Shown here piece by piece: positions 1 to 15,169 of a stretch of 64,000 nt of DNA. The notes below the pieces were generated by a model that made no database searches, was not told the origin of the DNA, and was given only the letters and a program-made list of their open reading frames with translations. The DNA is from Octopus sinensis (lineage: Eukaryota): assembly GCF_006345805.1 (NCBI RefSeq), contig NC_042998.1, positions 37,510,001-37,574,000 on the forward strand, given 5' to 3'. Every line of letters starts with the position of its first letter. Positions within the stretch are counted from its first letter, which is position 1. The position numbers were made by a program, and so were the translations under genes.

Positions 1-43
1 CATTTCGCCCGGCGCGCTAACGTTTCTGCCAGCTCACTGCCTT
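1..43 (-). mobile_element. 5' head of abundant tRNA-derived SINE (family A), cut by window edge
   Basis: Reverse complement taaggcagtgagctggcagaaacgttagcgcgccgggcgaaatg matches the heads of the copies at 16331, 32220 and 43305. Confidence 0.8.
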
Positions 44-886
44 ATTTCAAATAAATATTTCAAGTGTGGAAACCATTGTCGTTAAAATGCAACAGAGATA
101 GGTTATGGAAAGAGAAGGAGTATGAGAAATTTAGCATCAAAACAGCTAGGTATGTATATAATACTCACCTAAAAAATATTTTTATGGCAAAACCCTTATT
201 GAGTTTCAAAATGATGACATATATATAGACACAAAATTACAAAATTGTGTTATGATGTAACAATTTTAAAGAACATACTGGACTCATAAAAATGGAGAGA
301 AAGGGCTCAAAAGTATAATCTTAGCTGTTTGGATACTATGAAGTAAGCAGAGAATGTTGAAAACCCGAATTAAATAAACGAAAAACAAGTCTTCATTGTT
401 CGAAACTGCAAATATCCTAATCAGATATTTTCTGTCTGATTCATTCAGACTTCATCGAAAATAATTTTATTTTCATTCTCCATTAGTATGGACCTATACA
501 AGTAATACAGATAATGATTAAAAAATAATAACAATAACTGTAACAAGAATGTCAATAACAAAAACAACATAACAAAAGTTTATCGTAATTGTCAATTACG
601 TCATAAAAATAATAATTATAACAGTAATTTTTGATAAGTTTTATTAGATGAGTAATTAATATGGGGTATGTTTAGAGCAATCATTAGTTTTATCTTTTTC
701 GACAAAAACAAAACAATAGAAAAGATAAAATATCAATCAATGAAAATGACAGGAAAATATATTATTTAATTATTTAATAACATTTGTAGTGATTTGCTTC
801 TATTTAACGCATGATTGCATTTTTGGTAAAATATTTATGTATGCATGCTAATGTATATATGTATATATATATGTGTGTGTTAGTGC

Positions 887-944
<58 letters not shown>

Positions 945-1139
945 AGTTATATGCATGCATATGTATATGTATATATATTTATATATGTATATATGCATGT
1001 GTATGTATACATATGCATATCTGTGTGTGCGTGTATATATGCGCGTGTTTCTCTTCTTTTGTCTTGTTAGTTGTTACAGAATAAATACATACGTATATAT
1101 AGGCATATGTATACATATCGATATATTTATAGATATATG

Positions 1140-1181
<42 letters not shown>

Positions 1182-1751
1182 TATGTAGGTAATGGTACGT
1201 ATGTATGCATGTGCTCGCATATAGATGCATATGCATGTACATGAATATAAATATATAATTTTAGGTATGTATACATGTTTCACCAATGAAAATATAAATG
1301 TATATATATATATATATATATACATAGATATATCTATATATGAATGCATGCATATATGTATGTACATATATATGTATATGTACATATATATATTTGTATA
1401 CATACATATGTATATATGTATATATATGCATATATATATGCATGTATGTATATATACATATATTTATATATATACATATATATGTGTACACATACATACA
1501 TATATATATAGATATAAATATATATATACATACTTATATAAATATGCATAAATATATGTATATATACATGTATATATATACATATATACATATATATACA
1601 TATATACACATATATACATATATATATATATGTATGTATTGATATATATATGTATATGTGTGTGTATGTATATATATATATAGGCCTGCACCATAGCTGA
1701 TAATACAATTGAAGGTTGCAAATGATGGAACGTTGACCATCAGTTGTAAAG

Positions 1752-1905
1752 AGAGGGGTTTAAGTCGATTTTACATCGACCCCAGTTTTTAACTGGTACT
1801 TACTTTATTGACCCCGAAAGGATAAAAGGTGAAGTTGACCTCCGTGGTATTTGAACCCCAAATGTAACGAGTGGGAAGAAATAACTCTACGCATTTTGTC
1901 CAAAG
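1752..1905 (-). mobile_element. SINE family A, degenerate copy
   Basis: Shares atcgaccccag...actggtactt...gaccccgaaaggat...ttgaac blocks with the other family A copies. Confidence 0.7.
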
Positions 1906-2091
1906 TGGTAATAATTGTACTCATTCGCAATTAAACAGGAAAATGTAATTAAAATAAATGTACACACACGCATACACACGCACACACACGCGCACACACA
2001 CAAACAGTGGTACAGATGTGCGTGTGTACGTTTGAATGCATGTATACAGTGTGCGCACACACAAGAGTACCCAGTTTTCATAACGTTTAAC

Positions 2092-2460
2092 TAATGATGA
2101 TGACGACCATGATGATGTTGGTGGTGGTGGAGGTGATCATAATGATGAAGATGACAAGCATGATGACAATCAAGATGATGATGATGAGCATAATGATGAC
2201 GACGATTATGATGATGGTGATGATGATGGTGATGATGATGGAGATGATGATAATGATGATGATGATGATAAGGAGGAGGAGGAGGTGGAGGTAGTGGTTG
2301 AGGACGATCATGATGATGATGACGCTGGTGATGACGACACCAAAAACGTCGTCGACAATGACAACATTGAGGCTGTTGATGATCACGATGATGTTGGTGA
2401 CGATAATGTTTATGCTGATAATGTTGGTGATGATGACGATGATGGCGATTGTGATAACCA
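2092..2460. repeat. Compound (GAT/GAC/GGA/GGT)n trinucleotide microsatellite
   Basis: Direct inspection; explains the poly-Met/Asp/Ile ORFs. Confidence 0.9.
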
Positions 2461-2496
2461 AAATAAGATTATGAGAAAATGGTTAACTCTCCTACA

Positions 2497-2534
<38 letters not shown>

Positions 2535-2637
2535 ACATGCACACACACACACACACACACGCATATTCGAACACAGACTCACATGAATACACAGTCCCAT
2601 AGGCATATATGTATACATAGCTATGTGTGTGTGCATA

Positions 2638-2683
<46 letters not shown>

Positions 2684-3470
2684 GCAATTAAGGACAACTA
2701 CTTAATATGTATGTATAATGCCATCTGGCATGTATGTATAATGCCCTCTATATATAAATTTATATATATATATTATATATATATATGTCTATGGATGGCT
2801 GTACGTATGTATATACCTACATATGTGGATCTGTGTGTATGTTTGTGTGTGAGATGTTTTTAGTGTTAGCGGTGAGTGTGTATAGATTGAGTATAGCTGA
2901 AATTATTTGATTAACATTTTCCCTGTTGCCATTATGAATATACATGAGATGGCAGTGATTTGGTAGTGTTCATTGGATCGGGTATACAATATTTCAGAGA
3001 ACATTCAGAGCAACATTTTTGACTGTAGACACATTGAACGGCACATACATATAGACATAGCCTACCTACATGTTTCTAAGTGTGTGAAAGCATCTAAATA
3101 TACATCAATATTTTACTTGTTTGGCAAGTGATTACATGTTCAGGACGTGTGTTGAACTGAAAGGAATTCCGTCGTGGAAGAGTAATTTTACGAATTAAAG
3201 AAAATACTGAAATTCTTATAATCATTATCGGTGTATTTGTTGCTAATATAGACTTTTCGGTTGAGAGTTTTGCCGCTTATCAGTGAGCAGAGCAAGATGG
3301 ACAATTTTTGGCAATATCCACTTCGTAATTATGAAATAACGGCTGATGCATAAAATGGCTTTCTGACATCTTGAATAGCAACAATAACTCCTCCATGACA
3401 AAACCGTTCGCCTATGTATGTACTTATATACATGCATACACACTCAGATACATACATATGTATGTGTACA

Positions 3471-3516
<46 letters not shown>

Positions 3517-3538
3517 CACATACACACACACAAACACT

Positions 3539-3603
<65 letters not shown>

Positions 3604-4104
3604 GTTCCTATACGTAGAGAAAATTACGTTGATAGGTCGTTGGATACATAGATACATACATTTCACTGAATACCCGAATGCCTTTATGTGTTTCTATTTT
3701 AGAGTTTTCGTATTTTCTCCTTGAATATTTTAAAGTTGTTCTAGCACAATAAAGTTGCTAAATTCATGTTTAACGTTTCCGGATATTCGTAGTCACACTT
3801 CAAAGAAATATATAGACTTGATTTCTTTCTTGTTTCTCGTGTACAGATTGAATTTCTGTAAATATTTGCCACGAATAACTACAAGAATTGAATCACTATC
3901 TAAACCTACAATACAGACGCCGAGTATATTAATTTTAGAATGTGGGACAGTGAATCTGTGGAAACGTCGAATATGGACGTAATAAATTTATTCCGCCATA
4001 CAAACTTTAAAACATAAGTAAGAAAAGCCCAAAATCCAAGACAAAATGTTTTGAACATTGTCGTACATATAAGTATATACATATACAAACTAACACAAAC
4101 GTAT

Positions 4105-4167
<63 letters not shown>

Positions 4168-4905
4168 TTATACATATATTTATATATATATATATATATA
4201 CACATATACTGACATACATATCCGCTCGTATACATACATGCATATTATAACTAGGAATATATGTATATCCAAATGTGTATATATCGGTATAACATATATG
4301 TGTGTGTGTGTGATTGACATATGTGTATATATTTTCTTTGCATAAGTATTTAACACTTATATTTATGTAAATGTGTTTGCGTACGTTTGTGTGTGTTTGT
4401 GTGTGTGTGTGCATGCGCGTCTGTACGCGCAACAGAGCGTTCTCAACCACCGATCATGCTGAGTTACCCAACTAAACTAACCAAGGGAATGCTCCAACAT
4501 ATCTCCATACCCGTGAATTTTTTTTTTTTTTTTTATATTAGCACTAGCACTTCGTCTAGAAATAGATGCAGTGTTACAGAGTTCTAAAACAACAACCGTT
4601 ACCAAAATATGGTAACTATCGGAAAGAATGTAGACTCGGCTGATATGTGCATAAAGTATTCAGAAATCACCCTCTGTTGTACGAATTTGTCATTCTTAAT
4701 TGTAAACCCTTTTATCAACTTGATCGTCTATAATTATCTTTTCCCCCGCATAATCTCATCACTGTTTGTTTGTCTTTACCTCTTTTTGACCCCTTTTGTA
4801 CATATCTATTTACATTATATACGGTACGATAGTAAATGTATGCATACATATACGCATATATATATGTATGTATGTATGTATGTGTATATATATATATATA
4901 TATAC

Positions 4906-4938
<33 letters not shown>

Positions 4939-5006
4939 CAATATATACAAATATATATACATATATATATATACACATATATATATATACATATATATAT
5001 ACACAC

Positions 5007-5043
<37 letters not shown>

Positions 5044-5098
5044 CATATATATATACATATATATATACATATATATATATATACATATATATACATAT

Positions 5099-5132
<34 letters not shown>

Positions 5133-5136
5133 ATAC

Positions 5137-5185
<49 letters not shown>

Positions 5186-5796
5186 TATACATACATATAT
5201 ATATGTATATATATGTACGTAGGTGTGTGTGTGTGTGTGTGTGTATGTAAGTGTATATGTATATGCATTCAAATGCTTTTGTGTGTGTAGATTTGAAAGC
5301 ACAAATGTATTATACATTTATCTGTGAGAGCAGTTATTTTTGTAATTGTCTTATAGATTGCTTGACAAACTAAAAAGTTGCAAAGTCCATCCCCAGAGTC
5401 TGTAGATATTGATAGATTTATAATTAGGATGAAATGATGTTTGCGCGTGACGCTGATATCATGTTCGATCGGGCCAATATGCTTTGTCTAGACATTATTG
5501 CCAGAAACGATATTTGACTGTGGTGTTTTAAAGTCATGAAACAGGCGTACATATTGCCTCCCGAAATGATAGAAGAAAAAACAAGACAACAGAGTCACGA
5601 AAAACGTATGAAAATATCTGGACAGAAAAACAAAATAGAACACATTGTGGATTTTAAATAAAAGGGCGGCATAGATAACTTTTTTCGTAAATGTCTCTTA
5701 TATGATAGGCAAATATATTTGCGAAAATATTTAGACATATATTTTTCATTTATATTTTCAATTGTTCCAAACCAATCATATGCATACATACGCGCT

Positions 5797-5843
<47 letters not shown>

Positions 5844-6435
5844 TTATGTGTGTGTGTGTGTGTGTGTAAGTGCGTGCGTGTGTTTTGTATGTTAACATGT
5901 TTGCGTGCTTATGTCTATGCGATTATATGTGCATGAGTGTGATAACATATATAAATGTATACAGATTTATTTTCAAGTTAACTTGAATCTATGCTATACG
6001 ATACATTATGTATGCATACAACATGAAGAAAAAATTTGGATGTATCAAGTTGTTGTACACTACTCGTCACGATTTCCAACGTCCTTGCGTTAATCTGAAG
6101 GCATTTATTCACAGCAATTTATATTTTTATAATATTTTCTTTTCATTTCTGAGTATGATAAATCGAAGGGAAAAATAAATGGTGACTTTTAAATATCTTC
6201 TTTAAAAATATCCTGTTAAAATTTACTTCTTAATTTAAAATTTAGATTTTTTTTTCAGTGCTTTCACCGAAGAATAGAATATATCTTCATTTCAAAAAAT
6301 AATTTCATGAACAAATACAGATTTTTATACTATCATGTTTGTGTTTCGTATGTGTTCCTGTGGGTGTATAGGTGTGTAAGTGTATCTGCGAGTGCATGCG
6401 TATGTCTGTCTATTAACATATATATATATATATAG

Positions 6436-6467
<32 letters not shown>

Positions 6468-6473
6468 TAATAT

Positions 6474-6546
<73 letters not shown>

Positions 6547-7022
6547 TATATAAAACACCATATATACATATACATACACATATATATATAATATATATAT
6601 GAATGTAATTGCAAATAAGTGTTAGTGGGTATGAGTCAGCATATACATATACGTATATATATAATATGTGTGTATGTGTGTATATATATATATATTATAT
6701 ATATATATATATTATATGTATACATATATATGTTATATATATCATATACATAGGTAGACATATGTATATATACATATATATATTATATATATAAGTATAT
6801 GTATATATATCTATTTATATATAAATGTATAGGTATATATATAGATATGTATATATATATATATATTTACATATATAATTATATGTATATATATATATAT
6901 ATTTGTATATTATATATATATTTACATATATAAGTATATATGTATTTGTATATATATTTACATATATTAGTATATGTATATATATATATTTGTATATATA
7001 TATATATGTATATATATATATT

Positions 7023-7097
<75 letters not shown>

Positions 7098-7098
7098 T

Positions 7099-7147
<49 letters not shown>

Positions 7148-8056
7148 TATATATATATGCATGTATGAATGTATGTATAAATACCTTGGCCTGAGTGTAT
7201 ATAGAATTATGTTTGTAAACTATGTAGATAATAGGAAGTTTCATTTGAGACAAAAATAGTATATTTTAAGACAATTTTCACAAGGTTCAATACATCTCTC
7301 AATGGAGAACAATTGAAAACGTTATAAGAATTCAAAGAATTTGAATTGATATCTGCAAACAGGAATGATCAGGTAAATGGTTCCATGTGAATTTCTCGTA
7401 TCATAGATTTCTCTGTGTTTCAAAAATAGGATGCGCTTAGTTCCGCATTAGTTGCATGTTTATACCTTTATATATTTGGTCTTTTAATTAAAATTACCTG
7501 TTAGGAGTGCACATGTGAGAAGAGGATGGAGAGAGAGAGAGAACGCTACATCAGAGGGAACTATATAGAGAGTTTCATACATGTAGATATGTGTGTGTGT
7601 GTGTGTATGTGTACATACATATATATATATGTATACATGTATGCATATATGTCTATATATATATATATATAATATATATATATATATATACCTATATATA
7701 CATATATATATACATAACGGCTGTGCAGATACTCAGAGAAGGGGTGAGTGGGGGGGTGAAAGAGGGGGCGTGTGCTTAAAAGAATGAGCGAAAGTAATAA
7801 ATAGAAATAGATAGATATGATGGTTCATTGGTAGGTGTGCAACGAATTTATATTCGAGTCAGTTCTCCTCGTTTGATATTAATATTCTGGAACATTTAAC
7901 ATAGCATAGCTCACAATATGATGACATTGCAAAGCATAATTTTAGAAATCTCTATTTCATAATAACATAGAATTTCATTTCATTTTCCTTTTTTCTTAAT
8001 TCCTAAACGCACACAATCACCCACAATTGCATCAATCATTCAATCAATCAATCAAT

Positions 8057-8121
<65 letters not shown>

Positions 8122-8158
8122 ATATAATATGTATATATATATATGTATATATATATAG

Positions 8159-8218
<60 letters not shown>

Positions 8219-8510
8219 AATATATATATATTAATATATATATATATTTATATATATTATATATATATATATATTATATATATAAATTTATATATATTTA
8301 TATGTATTTATATATATGTATGTATATATCCAAATATATATTATATATTTATATATATATATATATAGATTTGGATATATACATACATATATATATATAT
8401 ACATGTATATGTATGTATTTATGCATGTACATATCCATATATATATATATATATGTATGTATATATAGTATATATATATTGTGTGTATATATATATGTAT
8501 ATATATATTG

Positions 8511-8544
<34 letters not shown>

Positions 8545-8571
8545 AATATATAATATATATATATATAATAT

Positions 8572-8625
<54 letters not shown>

Positions 8626-9758
8626 AGAAAATATTTATAGTGTTACTACTAAATACACATACACACAAAGTTTACATATTATATATGTGCGACTGTTGGT
8701 ACAATATATAGGTATAAACATACAACTCTAGGTATGAGGCTTTTGTTTTACTGACCATGCATTTGTATGTATATATACATATATACATATATATATATAT
8801 ATGCATGAATGTATTTAAGTATGTAAGTATGTATGTATGTATATACACATACATACACATATACTTATACACTGGAATAAACTCAAAAAATCTCCAAGAT
8901 CTTCAGCATTTCATTTAGGGGTTTGTTTGTATTGTGATTACGTATACATGAGCAGGAAAAATTCACTTTTTATTTCTGGCTATTTTATTTCTTTTTCAAA
9001 ATATAGGATCCATTTTACTTGTAAATCAACGAGATCTCTGTCTCGACAGTATACATTATGAGAAATATCATTTTAGTAGAGGAATTTCTTTTCAAAAATA
9101 ATATTTTATTCCTGAATTCCCTTTTACTACACTTTCGTTTTTGAATTCTATTCAATGAATATGTGTTGATTAATCGAAGTGCTTTGTGCCGTGATTCTCA
9201 TATAATTAGACATATGTTCTTGTATTACTGGTAATGCGTGCATAAAACAATCTGATCAATATTCATATTCTCTTTTTTTCACAAACCTGCTCACCAAATT
9301 ATAGGCATTTGCTTCTCTTTCTCCTGCCATATATGAATATGTGTATATGCATATATATCTACATACACGCATGTATGTATGAGTGTGTATGTATGTGTGT
9401 GTCTGTATACATATCTTATCTTACGTACGATCTTACATGTAGAATTCACACGCATGCACCAAAGCAACCGCTTGTATAAGTGCACGTATGCATATAGAGG
9501 TACACATACACACACACGCGCTCTTTCTCTCTCTCTCTCACACAAATATATATATATATATATGTATGTATGTATGTATGTATATATAATATCCATACGA
9601 TTGTCTGAAAGTGTATCTAAATAAATGCAGGTACGTATATATACATGCACCATCAATCTCTGTTTTTTTACACAGCCTTACACGCACATAGATATAGATA
9701 TATAAGAATATATGCATATATATGAACAGATACCTATATATATTCATATATATAAATG

Positions 9759-9801
<43 letters not shown>

Positions 9802-10669
9802 ATATATATATATATAATATATATATATATAATATATATACATTACGTATATGCATATGTATATAGGTATACATACATGCATACCTACACACACATACAC
9901 ACACACATATACCATATATATATATGGGCACGTGTGTGCTTGTTTGTGCGTGTGTGCATGTGGGTGGGTGGTTGTGTATTCATATATATTCTTTGGAAAG
10001 TAGACTGAGGATATATAATTTCAGAACAATGTATACTTTGATATACATATTTATATGTGTGTGTATACATATCTATATCCAAGTGTGTGTAATGCTTTAA
10101 TCATGTATATTGACGGCGAAATTGTATAATTTTTTTGAAACATATCATATACATACGTGCTTAATATAAAGTATCATTTATATATATACATTTATGTATA
10201 TGTACATATACATAAATATCTATACATATATGCATATATATGTATATATATATATAATTGTATATGTATATATATATAAATGTATATATATGCATATATA
10301 TATGCATATACATATATATGTGAGTGAGTATATATTTATATATTCACGTTATATAAACGAACTATCGCATTACGAGTTGAAGATTTATAACTTTTCGAAT
10401 TTTAGCAATAATCATTCCACTTGTAAGAAATCTATTTGAACAGAGAGCAATTGAGTGCAGATCAATATAGCATTGGCTTGTGCATCATGTCTTTTCAGGT
10501 TTCATACAAGCATTACGTATTCAATTTCTGTGAAACTAATTATACCTAGGCATATGCACATAGATTATATATGTGGGTGCATCTTTTGCAAATACATTCG
10601 AGATAGGTCTTTTAGAAGATATTTGTTTCTATTTTGGATGGATGTAATATGTAGAATTATACATGTGCG

Positions 10670-10725
<56 letters not shown>

Positions 10726-10727
10726 CG

Positions 10728-10773
<46 letters not shown>

Positions 10774-11951
10774 CGTATATATATATATATATATATATAC
10801 GTACAAACACACACATGTACACATAGATACATATATGTATGCATATATATATATTTATATACATACATATATGTATATATGTGTGTATGTGAGTGCGTAT
10901 ATATATATATTCACATACATACATATACACATATAAAAACAGGTACGTAATTTTCTTTACAGAGTACTTTTTGATGAATTTCAGCAGTTATTTCATTTTG
11001 GCGTCGTCTTCCACCTGGTTTGAGGTTGTTTTCTATTCTTTTAATTGATAATTCAGCATTCATATCTTATTTCACTTTATAATTCGTTCGTCAATATTTG
11101 TAAGCTGCTTCTTTTTTTTCCTCTTGGAGAATTGGTATTTTCAATGTTTTAAATTTTATAATTGTTACTGAATAATGGTACATTTCTTTTATTCCGTTTA
11201 TTCTTTCTTATTTTCTCCCATATTTTCATCCGTCGGTCTCTCACACATTCTTTTCTTCCCTTTCACTCACCTGTTACAGTCTAGCTGTAATATTTAGTAT
11301 TTCATCACAGTGTTTAACTGTTACTGGCAGTCATGATTATTTTCATCATGTTATCCTCATAATCCTCCTCCTCCTCTTCCTTCACCTCAATCACCTCTTT
11401 ATTATTTTTAATATTTTATTATTGTTTTTGTTTTTGATGATGATGTTAATATGATAATTACTATTATCATGTATTTTTGAAAACACTATATTTAAAAATA
11501 TTAATTGTCTGGCTGTTGGCGAATAAATTTATCTCATATATATATATATATATATAATATATATATATATACATATATATATATGCATGTATGTATGGAT
11601 ATATATATGTATATATACATGCACATATATCATGTGTCTGTGTGCTCTTTAGTCAGTTTTAGCCATCGCAGCTAAGGATATGTATGTGTGTGCATATATA
11701 TATATATATGTATATATATATATTTATATATTTGTATTTATATAATTATGTTAATATGTTCGAAAATAATATTATTTTAATTTAAATATTCTTTAAAACA
11801 TTTACCTAATAAATATAGTATGATATATATATATACATATATATACATACATATATATATATACATATATATATGCATATATGTAAATGTATATATATAT
11901 GTGATATATATATGTATATATATATATATGTATATATATATAATATATATA

Positions 11952-11989
<38 letters not shown>

Positions 11990-12101
11990 ATAGGCTTATG
12001 CACGTTTATGTACAGATATATGCATACGCATACCCACATCTATATTTGTAATTATATACATTTTTTATTCATAAATATTTCTATTTCTGTTAATCAAGCT
12101 T

Positions 12102-12779
12102 TCAGCAAAGACATAGATTACTTTTTTCTTTATTCACTTCCTCTTCCTCGTTATGCGAAATGCTTATACCCTCCGAATCTTGTTCTTTTATCGTACTTGT
12201 TTTTTCTTTTTTCTGCTTAGCTCTTTTGATACAAGACTCGCACGTGTCTTTGTTGTGAGTGCTCGTATGTTCACATGCTGTAACATCATTCTCATCTGAA
12301 ATAAATTCGAATTTATACGGCGTGGGCTCCCCCCGCATTTCACATATCACATTAGTTAATGCTTTTATATAATTTTTTGCTAGCGTCAATGTTTCGATTT
12401 TAGACAATTTCCTATCAAGATTTACGTGAGGTATCACTTCACGCAACTCTTGAAATGCATCGTTCAACGAATGCATACGCATCCGTTCGCGTTCGTTACT
12501 TTCTAAACGTCGCATGTTACGCTCTCGAGCGCTGAGCACTTTTCTCCGCCGTGAGCTTTTACGAGCACACTTCGCACGCCGTGATTCAACGGAATCTTCT
12601 GTAGTAGAACTTGCGCCTGAATCTGATGGTGAGCTTGGTCCTTCACGTTTTGCGCCTCGTTTTCTCATATGGTAATCACTTGCACGCATCCCTGGTAGAT
12701 CCCAAACCGAGTCATTGGTCCCTTCTCCTTGAATATCGAAATCCAAGCTTGATGTCATCTCCTTAACCTTTGAACGCAT
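12102..12779 (-). CDS. dimm: bHLH transcription factor, Dimmed/Mist1 (BHLHA15) ortholog, 225 aa
   Basis: bHLH at aa ~89-143, [53 protein letters not shown]. The [17 protein letters not shown] and [21 protein letters not shown] strings are characteristic of Dimm/Mist1 within the atonal superfamily. Uninterrupted ORF, ATG in GAGATG context, TGA at 12104-12102. Confidence 0.9.
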   Translation of the reverse strand: MRSKVKEMTSSLDFDIQGEGTNDSVWDLPGMRASDYHMRKRGAKREGPSSPSDSGASSTTEDSVESRRAKCARKSSRRRKVLSARERNMRRLESNERERMRMHSLNDAFQELREVIPHVNLDRKLSKIETLTLAKNYIKALTNVICEMRGEPTPYKFEFISDENDVTACEHTSTHNKDTCESCIKRAKQKKEKTSTIKEQDSEGISISHNEEEEVNKEKSNLCLC

Positions 12780-12783
12780 CTCC

Positions 12784-12815
12784 CTGAAATACAGAAAAGA
12801 ATAGAAGACAACATT
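12784..12815 (-). promoter_or_regulatory. 3' splice acceptor immediately upstream of the dimm ATG
   Basis: Minus strand reads tgtcttctattcttttctgtatttcAG|GGAGATG: polypyrimidine tract plus AG at 12785-12784. Confidence 0.75.
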
Positions 12816-14372
12816 TTAAGATGTAATTATAAATAATAAATCGAGCATATCACAATATAATACATACACTAGCAAATACACAGCCAGGACTATATTCACA
12901 GGAACATTTATAAAAATTCAATTTTAGATAATATTATATCCTCACGTCCATCGCTCTGTGAATAATTCAAATATAAAAGAGTTATTTAATACTTTTCATA
13001 AATTGTAATTCTTCTACCATTTCGCTATATATGTGTGTTTCCCTCTGTGTCTGTGTGTTTGAGTGTATATGTGTGTATATGTATACACACACACATATCC
13101 AGACGCACATAGACACACAGGCACACACGTAAGCACACACATACATACAAACACACACATAAAAGGAATCAGTAAGGAAAATAATTACGAAATATTTATG
13201 TCCATGAAACAGACATATTTACATATATACATATATAAGAAATTATCATTCTTTGAATATTAGATTATCAAAAACTCATAAACATTAACCACGATTAAAT
13301 GATTGTCTAAACTTTCACAGTTTCCATTTATTAATATCTAAATATATAAAGCCATATTGTTAACGTTCTTTCACATCAACTTTCGGGTCTATGAAAGTCG
13401 TACATGGGAATTGCATGTTAAGTTGGAAGGATGTACGTTTAATCGAACCCTTTCAATTCGTCCTTTTGCTATGTACAATTTCGTGGAAGATACGATAATT
13501 CGAAAGACAGCTCATTTGGGCGACACATTTCAAAACTATAACAATTGCACAAACGCCGAAGATCTCATATCGACCTGATTTTAAGCGTAAAATATCCATA
13601 CGTACAATTCACATAACAACACTTTCTGCAGATTTAAGGCGTTTAACTGAAACAAATTATTTGTGTTACAGGGCAAAATATTAATAGTAAAAAGCGCGTT
13701 AACCCTTTGTATTAGTATGGATCTACTTTCTTCAGGTAGGTATATGAACTAACGCTAGCCGATATACCTGGATTTATAATAACAATTTGACGGATCCTTA
13801 AAAAATATGCTATGTAGCAATATTTCGTTTGCTTAAAGTTTGAATAATAATTATCGGTATACACGCTACAAATAATCTCTAAATTAATTTCTAAGGTTAA
13901 GTCATTCAATTTTTCAGAGATTTTATTCAAATGGTCGGCATTCATATTACTGGAAATAATGCTCATTCATCTTCATAGAAATTGCTTTGTTCGATGTATT
14001 ATGTAACAAATATCAATGAAAAAGATCTATGACATTATAAATGAAAGCGTGTTCACATCAAATTAATTAAAGTAATATTTTTCTGCCAGTATATTATCCG
14101 ATCACAACAAAGATATTCTTGAACGTATCATCATTTTCATATCAGAGTCATGTTTAACATGTTAGGAGTGATTACTTTATTTGTAAAAAAGAAAAACAAC
14201 TTATATTTAAATGTTAAGAGCCAAGATTTTTTGCATATAAACACATAGAATTTGCTCAATCCATTGCTAAATTTATATTTCGTGCATTATTTTGAATAAA
14301 ATCGCAAAATATACAAAAAGCATAGATGTCTTCTTATAATTGAGCAGGGTAAACAATGGACATACGACAGCT

Positions 14373-14373
14373 C

Positions 14374-14423
<50 letters not shown>

Positions 14424-14440
14424 TAATAATAATAATAATA

Positions 14441-14476
<36 letters not shown>

Positions 14477-14491
14477 ACAATAATGATGATG

Positions 14492-14540
<49 letters not shown>
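14373..14540. repeat. Compound (TAG)n-(TAA)n-(TTA)n-(AAT)n microsatellite
   Basis: Direct inspection. Confidence 0.95.
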
Positions 14541-14541
<1 letters not shown>

Positions 14542-15083
14542 TGACAGAAAGATAGATACAAATAGGCCAGACATCATATTGAAAGACTTCAATCAAAGAA
14601 CATGCCTCCTCATTGATATGACTGTCCCAATCGATATAAACGTATCTGTCAGGACCTACCAAAAACTGAGCAAATATAAAGATCTTGAAATAGAAATCAG
14701 CAAAATGTGGAACCTGAAGACTAAAACAATACCTGTTGTCATAGCTGCCCTGGGAATGATGGCAAAAGGGGCTGATAGATACCTAACTCAGATACCAGGA
14801 AACCCAAAAATGGCAGAAATTCAAAAGATAGTGCTCATGGGAACTGCTCATATCCTACGCAAAATACTTTCTATATAATCTCAAGGTTTAAAACAAACAT
14901 AATTTTCGGTTTAAAAAAAAAAAAAAAAATTTTAGACATTCATTAGTACAACACCCCCACCCCCCAAATATATGGCACACTAGGCATAACAACAACATGA
15001 ACTTCCAACCCTGTTGTCTCTTGAGGTCTCTGGGTGAGACTTGGAGCCAACTTGTACAAATATAAAGCAAAAGTCAAACATAG
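14540..15083 (+). mobile_element. 5'-truncated R4/Dong-clade non-LTR retrotransposon (RLE domain plus 3' UTR)
   Basis: Open frame DRKIDTNRPDIILKD...CLLIDMTVP...KLSKYKDL...IPVVIAALG...IQKIVLMGTAHILRKILS* is the PD-(D/E)xK restriction-like endonuclease C-terminus of R4/Dong elements. Flanked on both sides by (AAT)n. Confidence 0.85.
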
Positions 15084-15169
15084 AATAATAATAATAATAA
15101 TAATAATAATATAACAACAACAATAATTGTAATACTAATAAGAATAATCATAATAATCCATTATATTTT

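Larger units (their letters stand above)
820..12060. repeat. Dense field of mosaic (TA)n/(CA)n/(TG)n microsatellites
   Basis: Long interrupted TA tracts at about 820-1680, 4840-5270, 6410-7170, 8060-8625, 9700-9930, 10660-10935 and 11525-12060. They produce the YIYIYI pseudo-ORFs in the ORF track. Confidence 0.95.

Noticed and set aside
1010-1233. Cluster of CATATG E-boxes (the Dimm/Mist1 preferred site) near the dimm gene
   Set aside because: CATATG arises automatically in mixed TA/CA/TG repeats throughout the window; there is no evidence of specific enrichment.
2087-2602. Poly-Met/Asp/Ile ORFs (also 19729-20236, 25876-26683)
   Set aside because: Trinucleotide microsatellites; no complex coding sequence.
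804-11900. Dozens of [10 protein letters not shown] ORFs here and across the window
   Set aside because: Translations of (TA)n/(TG)n microsatellites, which lack stop codons by construction.
13712-13966. 84-aa minus-strand ORF upstream of dimm
   Set aside because: No recognisable motif, AT-rich codons, and no convincing splice link to the dimm exon.
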